Positions 28,731-38,699 of a stretch of DNA of 64,000 bases are shown piece by piece. Numbering within the stretch: the first letter of the stretch is position 1; every line of letters starts with the position of its first letter. The position numbers and the translations under genes were made by a program. The DNA is from Candidatus Krumholzibacteriota bacterium (GTDB taxonomy: Bacteria; Krumholzibacteriota; Krumholzibacteriia; JAJRXK01): positions 64,001 to 128,000 of the forward strand of contig CAVXTH010000009.1 of assembly GCA_963764625.1 (NCBI GenBank), written 5' to 3'. The notes below the pieces were generated by a model. The model was not told the origin of the DNA. It saw only the letters and a list, made by a program, of their open reading frames with translations, and did no database searches.

Positions 28731-31453
28731 GCCCCCGTCTCGAAACGAATGCCCAGCTCGATCCTACGCGGCGTATAGAACCGTGACGGATCGGCGAGCG
28801 CGATCTGATCTGCAGACCCCGGAAACCGCGAATAGAAAGGGCTGCCAGTACTGTTGAAGACGGCACCGTTGAAATACCGCGCGTCGAAGAGATTGAACAC
28901 GCGCAGGAAAATGGACGGACGTACTCCACTGAATCCCAGGCTTTTTTCCGCACGCAGGTCGATCAACAGTGCGCTGGGTTTGTTGTCTGAATTGGTCTCG
29001 AGGCCATTGCCGAATCCGGAATCGAGCAGCGGCGTATAGGGCTGCCCACTGACTATCTTGATCACCGTGCTCAGTGAGTAGTCATTCGGTTTGGAAATGG
29101 CCGCCGTCAGATTGAAGGTGTGCCGTTGATCCCATGCGAAGGGCACCAGGCGAGGTCGTGGATCCTCCTTGGCTTCAGCGCGGGCTACGGTCTCCAGAGG
29201 GTTGCTTGCGTTGCCGAGGGCCTGCTGCCAGGTGTAGTCCATGGACAAGCGAAATGGTCCGAGCTGGCGATGATCGAACGCGATCGTGAAGCCCAGAACA
29301 TTCCCGAAATCGACATTGGTCAGGCGCGCATAGAGGGCGCTGTTGTAGGTCTCGATGAACTCCACACCGATGAGCGATCGGATGTCCTTGTAAAAGGCCG
29401 TCAGATCGATCCCCATGTCTTGGCCGAGTGTTTGCTTATATCCGATCTCGTACTGAACGGTCTGCTCCGGCCTGACATCAGGATTCCCCATCGTTCGAAT
29501 GTTGGGATCACCCGCCTGGAGATTGTAGAGCGCGGAATAGTCCGAACTATTGAAGATCTCTCCGATGGGCGGATATTGACGGAAATGTCCCCACGCGAAA
29601 TGAATGGCGGCCTTGTCCTCGATAGGATAGGCCACTCCAAGCCGCGGTGAGGCATACACCTTGGCCCTGGTGGAAACATTCATGGATGTGGGAGCTCCGA
29701 CAATGCTATTGGCCGGATTGGCGAGATCACTGGGAACCGTCGATCGGGCATTGAAATAGTCCAAACGGAACCCGGCCCGGATCTTGACGCTCGTCCATTC
29801 CGTGGCCTCTTGGGCGAACGCCGAGGCGACGATGGGAAAGTAACTTCGCACACCGGGGTAGTCGGGCGGTTCATCGACGTGGCGGTCGAGTGCTTCTCCG
29901 CCTCCTCCCTGCGCAAAAACCAGATAGCCGGGCGTTCCGAATGAGACTTTGGGAAGCTGGAACTCTCCTCCGATCTTGATCTGCTGCGTCGGTGAGAGCT
30001 GGCTCAGCACGGATCCTTTCACGAGGAGAGTGTTGGTCTCCTGCTTGAATCTGGTGAATTCCACCCCCTGGATCACGGCTCCCGGATCGAAATTGGGCTC
30101 CTGGATCGGAGCTCCCGACGAGTCGTATCTGGCGTCGTAGACATTGGGGTAGGCGTAGTCGGTGTATTTCGAGTAGTTCTGCCGGGCGATGAGTTTGAGA
30201 TAGCTCTTTTCGCCGAGAGAATGGGTCCAGTCGAGCCCATGGGAAATGGAGAAGCTCTCCTGGGTGGATAGGCCATCGGGGTCGTACCGGAACGCATAAT
30301 TCATACGTCGGCTATCCACGTGATTGAAAAGCGCCTGATAGTTGATCTTGGCGTTCTTGATCGAATTATTGGTCAGTTTGAACACCCCAGACCACTCACG
30401 GCTGTACCCCAGGGGCACTTTTTTCCCATCGCCAGTCGGTCTGTACACCTTATTCTCTAAATCAGCTTTGTCGGTGGGCTCGAAGAACCGAGTTCCGTAG
30501 ATCCAGTCGTCGAAAACATAACGCCGTCCACTGAGCAGGAAGACCGTATTTGGGAGAGGGAGAGGACCGCTGAGACCAAGCTGGTAGTTCTGGATACCGG
30601 TGGGTCGGATCGTGTCGTCGGCGATACGGCTGGAGTTACCCGGATAAAAGTGACTTCCCAGGAATGCCTCTCCGTTCACTCTGAAATCTTCCGTCCCGTC
30701 TCTTAGAACGGCGTTGACGACTCCGCTCATCGCCTGCCCGTATTCTGCGTCAAAAGTGCCGCTGAGGACCTGAACTTCCTGCAATAGGGAGCGGTCGACT
30801 TTCACACTCGGTGTATTGTCGAATGCGTTGTTCACACTGGCGCCGTCCACCTGATATTGGACTTCTCCCAACCTTCCCCCGCGGAAGTGGCCGTCCACCA
30901 CTCCTGCCTGAAGATCCACGATATCCTCGAGCTCCTGCACCGGGAGGTCTTTGATCTCCTCTCTGCTCACCGTTACCTTGCTGCTGGTGACATTCAGATC
31001 TACAGCGGGGCGTTCGGCTCTGACGACAACCTCGTCTGTCTCGAGGGCGGCTTCAGTCATCTTCACGTCGAGCCTGGTGGTCTCATCGGCCGTCACCTGC
31101 ACATTCTCGATGCGGACGGAGGTGTATCCCATTCGAGTCACGCTGATGGCATAGGTACCCGGCGCCACGTTGAGGATGGAGAACAGGCCTTTCGCGTCTG
31201 AATACGCTCCGTATCGCTGGGCCTCCACGCGAATGGTTGCCGCGATGACGGGTTCCCCTGCCTCGTCATGGACGGTTCCGGTTACCGTTCCGGTGGTTCC
31301 TGCCGTAGCCCATTGCGGAAATAGGGAACAACAGAGCAAGAGGAGTCCCGTCACCGCGCTACGGATTCTGACCACTATTGCTTGCCCCAAGATCTCGCAC
31401 TTCCTTCCTGGACACTCGACTTGACAGATCGGTCGAAATGTTGGACCGCGCAT
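28724..31453 (-). CDS. TonB-dependent receptor with N-terminal carboxypeptidase-regulatory-like domain
   Basis: 'GTTGTVTGTVHD...NVAPGTY'; plug 'HFRGGRLGEVQYQVDG', 'SGTFDAEYGQAMSGVVN'; 'SPRLGVAYPI', 'MGNPDVRPEQTVQYEIG', 'VFNLFD', 'PRRIELGIRF'. Start codon uncertain. Confidence 0.92.
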   Translation of the reverse strand: MRGPTFRPICQVECPGRKCEILGQAIVVRIRSAVTGLLLLCCSLFPQWATAGTTGTVTGTVHDEAGEPVIAATIRVEAQRYGAYSDAKGLFSILNVAPGTYAISVTRMGYTSVRIENVQVTADETTRLDVKMTEAALETDEVVVRAERPAVDLNVTSSKVTVSREEIKDLPVQELEDIVDLQAGVVDGHFRGGRLGEVQYQVDGASVNNAFDNTPSVKVDRSLLQEVQVLSGTFDAEYGQAMSGVVNAVLRDGTEDFRVNGEAFLGSHFYPGNSSRIADDTIRPTGIQNYQLGLSGPLPLPNTVFLLSGRRYVFDDWIYGTRFFEPTDKADLENKVYRPTGDGKKVPLGYSREWSGVFKLTNNSIKNAKINYQALFNHVDSRRMNYAFRYDPDGLSTQESFSISHGLDWTHSLGEKSYLKLIARQNYSKYTDYAYPNVYDARYDSSGAPIQEPNFDPGAVIQGVEFTRFKQETNTLLVKGSVLSQLSPTQQIKIGGEFQLPKVSFGTPGYLVFAQGGGGEALDRHVDEPPDYPGVRSYFPIVASAFAQEATEWTSVKIRAGFRLDYFNARSTVPSDLANPANSIVGAPTSMNVSTRAKVYASPRLGVAYPIEDKAAIHFAWGHFRQYPPIGEIFNSSDYSALYNLQAGDPNIRTMGNPDVRPEQTVQYEIGYKQTLGQDMGIDLTAFYKDIRSLIGVEFIETYNSALYARLTNVDFGNVLGFTIAFDHRQLGPFRLSMDYTWQQALGNASNPLETVARAEAKEDPRPRLVPFAWDQRHTFNLTAAISKPNDYSLSTVIKIVSGQPYTPLLDSGFGNGLETNSDNKPSALLIDLRAEKSLGFSGVRPSIFLRVFNLFDARYFNGAVFNSTGSPFYSRFPGSADQIALADPSRFYTPRRIELGIRFETGAW

Positions 31454-31460
31454 AGCGCGG

Positions 31461-33362
31461 CTACTTTGTCAGCAGGAATTTTCCCTGTAAATCAGCTCGC
31501 ATCGATCCGGAGTTGGGATCAGCCACCCTGAGGCGATAGAGGTAGAGTCCGGCACTCTGGTCGCTACCGTCAAAGAGCAGCTCGTTGGCACCTCCGCCCT
31601 GAACCCCAACGTGGCGCCTTTCTACGAGTCGGCCACGCACGTCGTAGACTTCAAAGATCACATCACTCGGCAGAGCGAGTGAGTATTGAATGGTCGTCTT
31701 CAGCGAGGGATTGGGGAAGTTCTTGATGATGTAATAGGCCTGCGAGGGGTTCACTGCGGGCCCTGTCGCGGTGACCGCGTCCTTCGCCATGTGAACCCAT
31801 GCCGCGCAGCATTCGTTTTCGTACTCGCGGAACCACCAGGTTCGGGTTCCGTAGCTGTCGGTGATGGGAATGAACGAGTCTCCGTCCAGTAAGTTGAGAC
31901 CGAGGAACAGAGTCTGATCCCCCAGACCCGCGGGGTAGCCCAGCGCGGTCAGATCAATCGACATTTCGGCCGTATAACCGATATCCGGGCTCGTACCCAG
32001 AGTATCGACCACAGTGCTTCCTTTCAGAGAGAGCTGGACCTGGGCGTCTCCCTGAAGCACCAGGGTGTTGAGATAATCCTGCGCTAGAGCCGTCCCATCT
32101 TGGTTGACCTGAAAGGAGAGGCGTCGACCCAGGAGCTGATTGTCCGGTCCGAGTGTGCCTCGGTCGTTGATCGTGACGAGGAAACCATCCCAACGATCGA
32201 AGTCGGGGTGGTACTGCACCACCTGATCGTTCACGTCGAAGCCCAGGTAGAGTTCGTTGCCCTTGAAAAACATCTTCACTGTCGCGTCGCCGGGATCCAA
32301 GACGAAGGCGGTGCCGCCATTTACCGTTGGCTGAAATTGACCGGCACGAGCGGCAGCGACGCCTGGGTAGGAATCGCGCAAAGTCTGGTCCCCATAGCGC
32401 AAGTCAATATTCAGGACCTTGGCGTCGTTCCACTCGGGTTCATCAAGAACTCCATCGATGACCGGCGATGCCGAAGGAATCTCGTTGATCACAAATTCGG
32501 AATCGATGGGCGGGACGGGCCCCGAACTGGTCGTGACGTCGGGCCGGGCATAGATACGAACCTCGTTGTACCAGGTCGCGTTGCCCCACGGTGACTGCCA
32601 CCACACACGGTTCACGGTGAAGAGCGCAGAGCTGATCGGCCAGAAATAGTCGCAGTCGTAGATGGAGATTCCCCATTCGAGAATGTCGCCGGCGGGCTTC
32701 GTGACGTCATAGCCCATGGGGGTGAGATTGAAGCGCATCTCGACCGTATAGCTTTGGTCAGGAGTGGAGTCGTCATTGCTGAGACCGTCGACGACGGTCG
32801 CCGCGTCCCAGGCGTCGATCTGAGTCGGAGTGCGGGGTGTTCCGGGAGGATATTCCGCCCAGCTTCCCACAAAGCCCGGAGCTTGTCCGGCGGGCTGCGG
32901 GTCCGGTTCCAGCGGATTATCTGGGTGCCACCAAGAGTAGAAGTACTCGGCGGTTGGTTTCGGGGCTGCGGTGAGATACGAGTGATCTTTGAGCGACATC
33001 AGGAGCCCGTCGAAGCGGTTGAACTCCGCGGATCCTCCGATGGATTTATCGGGAATGAACGCCCCCAGATACAGCTGGTTGTCTTTGATCAGGAACTTGA
33101 GGGTGGCGTTCGTGGGGTCAGTACTGGTGAGATGACCGCTTTCCACTTTCCAACCGCTCCCCGGAATGCCGGCGTCCTGCGCCCACTGCAGAGTCATGGT
33201 CTCCGCATTCGCCCAGGCGGGTTCGTCCAAAACACCGTCCAGGGTGATCGCGTCCGTCGTGGTCCTCGCCCAGATGGCATCCGACCGAGGGGTGTCTGCG
33301 TGTGCGGGGAGAACGAGGGCTAGGCTCAGGACTAACAAGGCTAGAAGAATCGTTCGTTTCAT
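31461..33362 (-). CDS. Secreted protein with two CBM9/DOMON-like domains and T9SS-like CTD
   Basis: Start moved to ATG 33362 (GGGAGG RBS, signal peptide ending AHA); two repeats starting 'ITLDGVLDEPAW' and 'PVIDGVLDEPEW', each with 'LYLG', 'R[FW]DG', 'YT[VA]EM'; CTD 'NFPNP...YDVRGRLV...AGLYLYRL...FLLTK'. Confidence 0.75.
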   Translation of the reverse strand: MKRTILLALLVLSLALVLPAHADTPRSDAIWARTTTDAITLDGVLDEPAWANAETMTLQWAQDAGIPGSGWKVESGHLTSTDPTNATLKFLIKDNQLYLGAFIPDKSIGGSAEFNRFDGLLMSLKDHSYLTAAPKPTAEYFYSWWHPDNPLEPDPQPAGQAPGFVGSWAEYPPGTPRTPTQIDAWDAATVVDGLSNDDSTPDQSYTVEMRFNLTPMGYDVTKPAGDILEWGISIYDCDYFWPISSALFTVNRVWWQSPWGNATWYNEVRIYARPDVTTSSGPVPPIDSEFVINEIPSASPVIDGVLDEPEWNDAKVLNIDLRYGDQTLRDSYPGVAAARAGQFQPTVNGGTAFVLDPGDATVKMFFKGNELYLGFDVNDQVVQYHPDFDRWDGFLVTINDRGTLGPDNQLLGRRLSFQVNQDGTALAQDYLNTLVLQGDAQVQLSLKGSTVVDTLGTSPDIGYTAEMSIDLTALGYPAGLGDQTLFLGLNLLDGDSFIPITDSYGTRTWWFREYENECCAAWVHMAKDAVTATGPAVNPSQAYYIIKNFPNPSLKTTIQYSLALPSDVIFEVYDVRGRLVERRHVGVQGGGANELLFDGSDQSAGLYLYRLRVADPNSGSMRADLQGKFLLTK

Positions 33363-33400
33363 GACTGGGGCCTCCCGATGAAGCTGGTAATTCATGGAGT

Positions 33401-34459
33401 TCATCCTGCCGCAAACCTCGTATCCGAGTCTTTGGGGCGCAGCCAAGCCTGTTCCCATTCTGCGCTGGTACCGCAGGACTTGCGGATCACCAGGGGGGCA
33501 GGTAGGACTTCGTTGACTACACCGGTTCGCTCAGGGTTTTGGATCGAAGCAATGAGGAGATCAACCGCCCGCTCTCCCATTCCGAAGGCATCGACCTGGA
33601 CAGTTGTGAGGGCGGGAGTGATGAATTGGGCGATGGAAATGTCGTCGAAGCCGACAATCGCGATATCACCCGGAATCTCGACACCGGCGCCTTTGAGCGC
33701 GCTCAGCGCACCGATTGCCATTGAGTCGTTGGCGGCAAAGATGGAGTCGGGCAGTTTGTCCATTCGCAGCAACTGGGTGGCTGCGCGGAACCCTGAAATC
33801 TCCGTGAAGTCGCCCTCGAGTTCCAATCTCGCCTCGGGCTCGATTCCCTGGTCGAGTACGGCTTTCTGGTATCCGCGCAGGCGCTCTTCGGCGTCAACGT
33901 TGCTCGCGGGTCCCTTGATGATGGCTATGGATTCATGCCCGAGGCCCAGCAGATGCTGAACCAGGGCGTGTGCGCCATCGTAATTGGGAACCATTACCGA
34001 ACTGCATCCCGGCACATCCGCGCCCGGATTCAAGAGCACGGTGGGAAACCTCTTGGAGATCCGCAGCAGCGCATCTGACGAATCACGGTGGGGTGCCATG
34101 ATGATGAGGCCCTCCGCCCGACCGAGCATGGATCGGGCGGTACCGAGGATCGTCTCGGGCTCGCTGTGCGAGCTCGACATGAGAATCTGAAAGTCCTGTT
34201 TCCGCGCCGTCTGGTCGACGCCTCGAATCAACTCCGAATAGAACTCCCCGTAGAGGTCGGGGAGCAGAATGCCGATAGTGTGGGCTTTACGAGTGGTCAG
34301 GCTGCGCGCGGCCGTATTGGGCCAGTAGTCGAGTTCGGTGGCAGCGTCCCAGACCCTGCGGCGTGTCTCTTCACTCACCCGGTTGCTGCCATTCAGAACC
34401 CGCGAAACCGTCGCGATCGACACCCCAGCAATTCGAGCCACGTCGCGGATGGTAGACAT
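33401..34459 (-). CDS. LacI family transcriptional regulator
   Basis: 'TIRDVARIAGVSIATVSRVLN', 'YWPNTAARSL', 'IFAANDSMAIG', 'IVGFDD', 'PALTTV'. Confidence 0.96.
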   Translation of the reverse strand: MSTIRDVARIAGVSIATVSRVLNGSNRVSEETRRRVWDAATELDYWPNTAARSLTTRKAHTIGILLPDLYGEFYSELIRGVDQTARKQDFQILMSSSHSEPETILGTARSMLGRAEGLIIMAPHRDSSDALLRISKRFPTVLLNPGADVPGCSSVMVPNYDGAHALVQHLLGLGHESIAIIKGPASNVDAEERLRGYQKAVLDQGIEPEARLELEGDFTEISGFRAATQLLRMDKLPDSIFAANDSMAIGALSALKGAGVEIPGDIAIVGFDDISIAQFITPALTTVQVDAFGMGERAVDLLIASIQNPERTGVVNEVLPAPLVIRKSCGTSAEWEQAWLRPKDSDTRFAAG

Positions 34460-34552
34460 GGTGACGAGTCTTTCAGTGCATGGTCCAGCGAACTGCCCTA
34501 GGCCAGCTTGGCTTCGAAGGCAGTTCTTGACTCAAACGCCTTAATCGAGCCA

Positions 34553-34566
34553 TGTAAACGGTTGCA
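34553..34566. promoter_or_regulatory. Putative LacI operator 1
   Basis: TGTAAACGGTTGCA upstream of lacI; TTGACA on the minus strand at 34582-34587. Confidence 0.7.
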
Positions 34567-34687
34567 CGCCAGGCTAGCGCCTGTCAAGGGCCTTGCCTGG
34601 GCATGAGTCCCTCGCGGACTCTAAAGTGGCCCGAAGAGCCGTAAAACACACCGGCTAGGACCGGAACCAGGCTACCGCCCAGCCGTT

Positions 34688-37600
34688 TCAGCGTTTCCAG
34701 ATCAATGTGGCCGGAAGCTCGTGGATCACAACTCCTGGCCCCTGGGACTCGGGCTGCCACTCGGTGCCTTGGCTCCGCTGAGGGCGCTCTAGGGGTTGAG
34801 AAAGAGGAGGGCGGACGATGATCCCACCCGGTGGGATTCGGTCGAGGCCGCTTAGCCGCACCCTGAGGCCCTGGGGTGTGAGATGCATGCGCAGATCGAG
34901 AATGCCGTAACCAGTCGAGAGACCCTGCACGCTCACCCCGGGTTCCTCTTCCAACCAAGCCCGGGGAATGCCCGCTCCCACGACCAAGGTCTGCGCGCGG
35001 TCATCTTCGTACGCGAAGAGATCCAGGATCGAACGGATGTAGTCGGAGCCAACCCAGGTGTGGGGAAGATCTCCGAGGAAATGAGGCTGACGATCCTCTC
35101 GGAACACCACTTCGGGCCACTGGTGCCAGCCGGCGGGCTTCTGTTGCGAAAGGAAAAACGTGAGCAGTTCTTGCGCGCGATTCCTCCAGCCCAAGCGTAC
35201 GAAAGCACCGACGTTGCGAATCTCATAGGGAGTGAATGCTGTCCAGTCAGCTGTTTCTTGCCGGAGCTTGAAGAATTCGTAATAACGTTGAAAGGTGTTC
35301 TTCAGCTCGCTCGCCGGAAGAAGATCCGCGGCGCCGGTAGGCGCAAAGGCGATCGCTGTAGAAGTTGCATCGAAATCACCCAGATCAGCGCAGCCCGGAA
35401 CATAGTCTATCGAGTGCGCCTGAATCGCGGCCTTCACGCTGCTGGCCAGATCTTTGGAAAATGCTCTCAGGATGGTTTCGTAGCGCGCCTGAACCTCTTT
35501 CTCCTGAAGCTCACCCGCCAGATAGACCGCGTCTTTGAAGCCCAGCAGTGCGAAGAAATCGTCCCAGTAGGAATGCATGGGCTTGGCCGAATAGCCTTCG
35601 TGACTGATGGATGGGGGAGAATGCCCCTCATGGCCTTGTCGGCTTCGGTGGTCGATTGCGGGCCGAGATTCTCGTGACGCAGGGAGTCCAAATAGGCGAC
35701 GGCGGAGCGGACCCGAGGCCACATTTCGCGGGCGAGATCCAGGTCCCGCGTGTGACGATAGTACTCTGCGACAAGATGGATGAACTCACCGTTGCTGTCG
35801 TGTTCTGGGACTGGATCGGCGCCGCGGTAATCGACAACGCACGGGACCTTGCCGTTTCCGTACTGGAAATTTGCGTACCATCGAAGAAATGCGCGCACAA
35901 CATCGGCTCGGCCGAGGCGAAGCAATGCGCTAGAGGTGAGCGCACCATCCCGGATCCAGGATCGGGCGTACGAACGCGAACCCGGTTGAATGGCGGGTCC
36001 GTCACGGTTCACCAGTATGTACGCAAGTTGGGCGTAGAGACTCTGCTCGATCGACTTGGCAGATTCGGGTAAATGCACGCTCACGGTTCGCGTGGCTTTT
36101 CGCCAGTTGGCGAGCGAGGCCTCGAATTGGGCTGCGGTCCAGCTCGCCACAGACTGGGCAGGTGGAGCGCCATCTCTCGCGATGCTCGGGGCTTTGTAGG
36201 AAGGGGACTGTGGAATCAGGACTTGCACCTGCGCCGACTTTCCCGCGGGAACCTCAAGGGCGTAGGAGAGAGCTCCTGAGGCAGCTCCGAAGGAGTCTTC
36301 CACCCGATGCGCGCTTGGTAGTGATCCATGTTGAAGGAAATCGACGACGATATCGCCGGCATCGAATCCAAGACATCCGAACGCGGAGCCGGGAGTGAGA
36401 GAGATCACCTGATCCCGTCCATTGACGAGGATGATGGACGAGCGTTTCTCCAGGGACTCTAGAGTCGCGGTTCCGCCCGCGCGATTGAGAGTCTGCGAGG
36501 GAGGATCCACTTGGAACGGCCGAATCGCGAGATAGAGGGTCAGAGCGCGATCTTTGCCGCTCCGATTCTCCACGCTGTACCGCGCCAAGAGAGCGGATGA
36601 ATCAGGACGGCCCACCGCGAAGGCCTGGATGCGTAGACTTAGATCTCCCTCTGTCCAGCTTACCGATGGGATGGGGACGCCCTCCTCCGCCAGACTCTGC
36701 TCAGTCTCTACGTCGGCCCAGCTGATGAGCCGATCGCGGACGAACAGGAATGGCTCTACCGAAAATGATCCCTGCCGCAACTCCAAGGCCCCATCCTTGC
36801 TCAATAGGCCCTCGGCCGCGCCACCGTCCAAGCCAACCAAAGTCCAGTAGCTCTGTTCACCGCTGAATCCACGGGGATAAAAGCCGCGGGAACTTCCCGA
36901 CGCAATGTGTTCGAAGAGTTGCTCTCGCGATTGGGCCCATTCCACCGCCTGGATCCTCAGTTCCGCAAGTTGAATCTCGGTCGGGACCGGGTCCGCTCCG
37001 AATCGGAAGCGGACGTAGCGGGCTTCGGATTCGGGGAGATACAGGAGATCTCTGGGGCCAGCACCGTCAGCGACCGTTCGCAACTCGCTGAAGTTCAGGG
37101 AATCAAATGAGGCTTCCACCCGATACTCACGAGCCCCGGATCGGAGCTTCCAGTCCAGGATCAGCGCGCTGAATTCTCGGGCTCGGGAGAAGTCGACCAG
37201 AAGCCAAGGTGACAGATCGTCTTCGCGCGGAGACCAGTAGGAATCGGGATCAGCGTCCACGCACCGCGAGGCCTCGTGACCACGCCGCGAGGAGGATGAG
37301 GTGACGATGGGGTCTGCGGGTGGGGAACCCTCGGGGGGAAGGGGCACAAGCTCGAGCTGGTCGATCCATATCCGTCCCTCGCCGCCGGAACCGGCGGTGA
37401 CGGCGAACTCCAATGCAGCGGCATGGTCGAGATCTCCTCCTTTGCGAGGACCCCAGGCAAAGCTGATCTGTCGTTTCTTGATCCTGACCTGCTTCCACTC
37501 TCCAGAGAACACCACGTTCCGGCGTCACGTTCCACCATACATTCTCATTACTCGCATCGATCAATTTGAACTCGATGCTGTTGCTAGGAGCCTTCCCTTT

Positions 37601-37870
37601 CATCCAGAAGCGGAATTCGTAGTTGCCCTTCAAGGGGAGGTCGAGCTCGCGCCTGGCGATTGCATACCCCCCACCGGTGAAATGAAAATCCAGACGGATC
37701 GCCCGGCCGATTTTTCCCTTGTCCGAGACGAGCTCGAGCTGAACGCCGTCCGCTGGATGCGCGCTCCAGGCATCTATGGATTCGAAATCATCCACGAGCA
37801 CGCCATGAGCCGCACGCGCGCTCAGCACGAGGGAGAGGCTCATCAAGAATCCGATGATCAGATGTCTCAA
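34688..37870 (-). pseudogene. CBM11-like + discoidin (F5/8) + six-hairpin glycosidase gene split by two frameshifts (pseudogene or sequencing error)
   Basis: Three overlapping ORFs (37250-37870, 35467-37515, 34688-35722) join into one protein at '...ENVWWNV/RRNVVFSGEW...' near 37525 and '...RGILP/PSISHEGYSAKPMHSYWDD' in the G5 run 35613-35617. Motifs 'IQPGSRSYARSWIRDG', 'VPEHDSNGE', 'GDLPHTWV'. Confidence 0.8.
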
Positions 37871-37874
37871 TTCC

Positions 37875-38699
37875 TCACCCTTTCAGACTGCCCGAGAGAA
37901 TGCTCCGCACATAGGTTCGCTGAAAGAGAAGGAAGACGATGAGAGCGGGAAGAATGGCAACGACCGAGCCTGCCATCATCAATTCGGTGTCTTGAACGTG
38001 TTCGCCGGCGAGACTGGCCAGCGCTACGGGGAGCGTGAACTTCGAGTTGTCACTGAGTACGATGAGCGGCCACATGAAGTCGTTCCAGGTGTTGAGAAAG
38101 GTGAAAGTGGCAAGGGTTACGATGACGGGTCGAATGATCGGCACTACGATCGTCCAGAAAATCCTGAATTCCCCTGCGCCATCGATTCGGGCTGCATCGA
38201 GCAGGTCGTCCGGGACACTCAGCATGTACTGCCGTATGAGAAAGATGCCGAAGATATTCGCCATGTAGGGGATTAGAACGCCCATGTAGCTGTTGACGAG
38301 TCCCATCTCCCGCAGCGCGAGAAAGAGCGGCAACATGCCGACCTGCGCCGGAATCACCAAGGCGGAAATGAGGGAGCGGAAAAGCGGATCACGGCCTTTG
38401 AAACTCAATTTGGCGAAGGCATACCCGGCCATCGAATTCACGAATAGCGAGATCACCGTTGCCATCGTCGTGATAAAGGTGCTGTTGAGAAGGCTGCGGG
38501 CGATGTTCAAACGCGTAAAGAGCACATGGTAGTTCTCTAGCGTGGGAGTCACGGGCAGAAAGTGCGGAGGGATGCTATTGGCTTCACCCGGCGACATGAG
38601 TGAAGCGGAGAGCATCCACACCAGAGGCGTCATCGTGACTGTCGCACCCAGAACGAGGCCCAGGTTGATAAAGAGGGTGTGGAAGCGTCTCGGTATCAC
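37875..38699 (-). CDS. Carbohydrate ABC transporter permease (MalG-like)
   Basis: GTG 38699 overlaps the upstream stop; 'MAGYAFAKL', EAA loop 'LLDAARIDGAGEFRIFW', 'WNDFMWPL'. Confidence 0.93.
   Translation of the reverse strand: MIPRRFHTLFINLGLVLGATVTMTPLVWMLSASLMSPGEANSIPPHFLPVTPTLENYHVLFTRLNIARSLLNSTFITTMATVISLFVNSMAGYAFAKLSFKGRDPLFRSLISALVIPAQVGMLPLFLALREMGLVNSYMGVLIPYMANIFGIFLIRQYMLSVPDDLLDAARIDGAGEFRIFWTIVVPIIRPVIVTLATFTFLNTWNDFMWPLIVLSDNSKFTLPVALASLAGEHVQDTELMMAGSVVAILPALIVFLLFQRTYVRSILSGSLKG

Noticed and set aside
35613-37525. Programmed ribosomal frameshifting in the glycosidase gene
   Set aside because: No canonical slippery heptamer is evident and two independent shifts would be needed. 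Indel error or decay is simpler.
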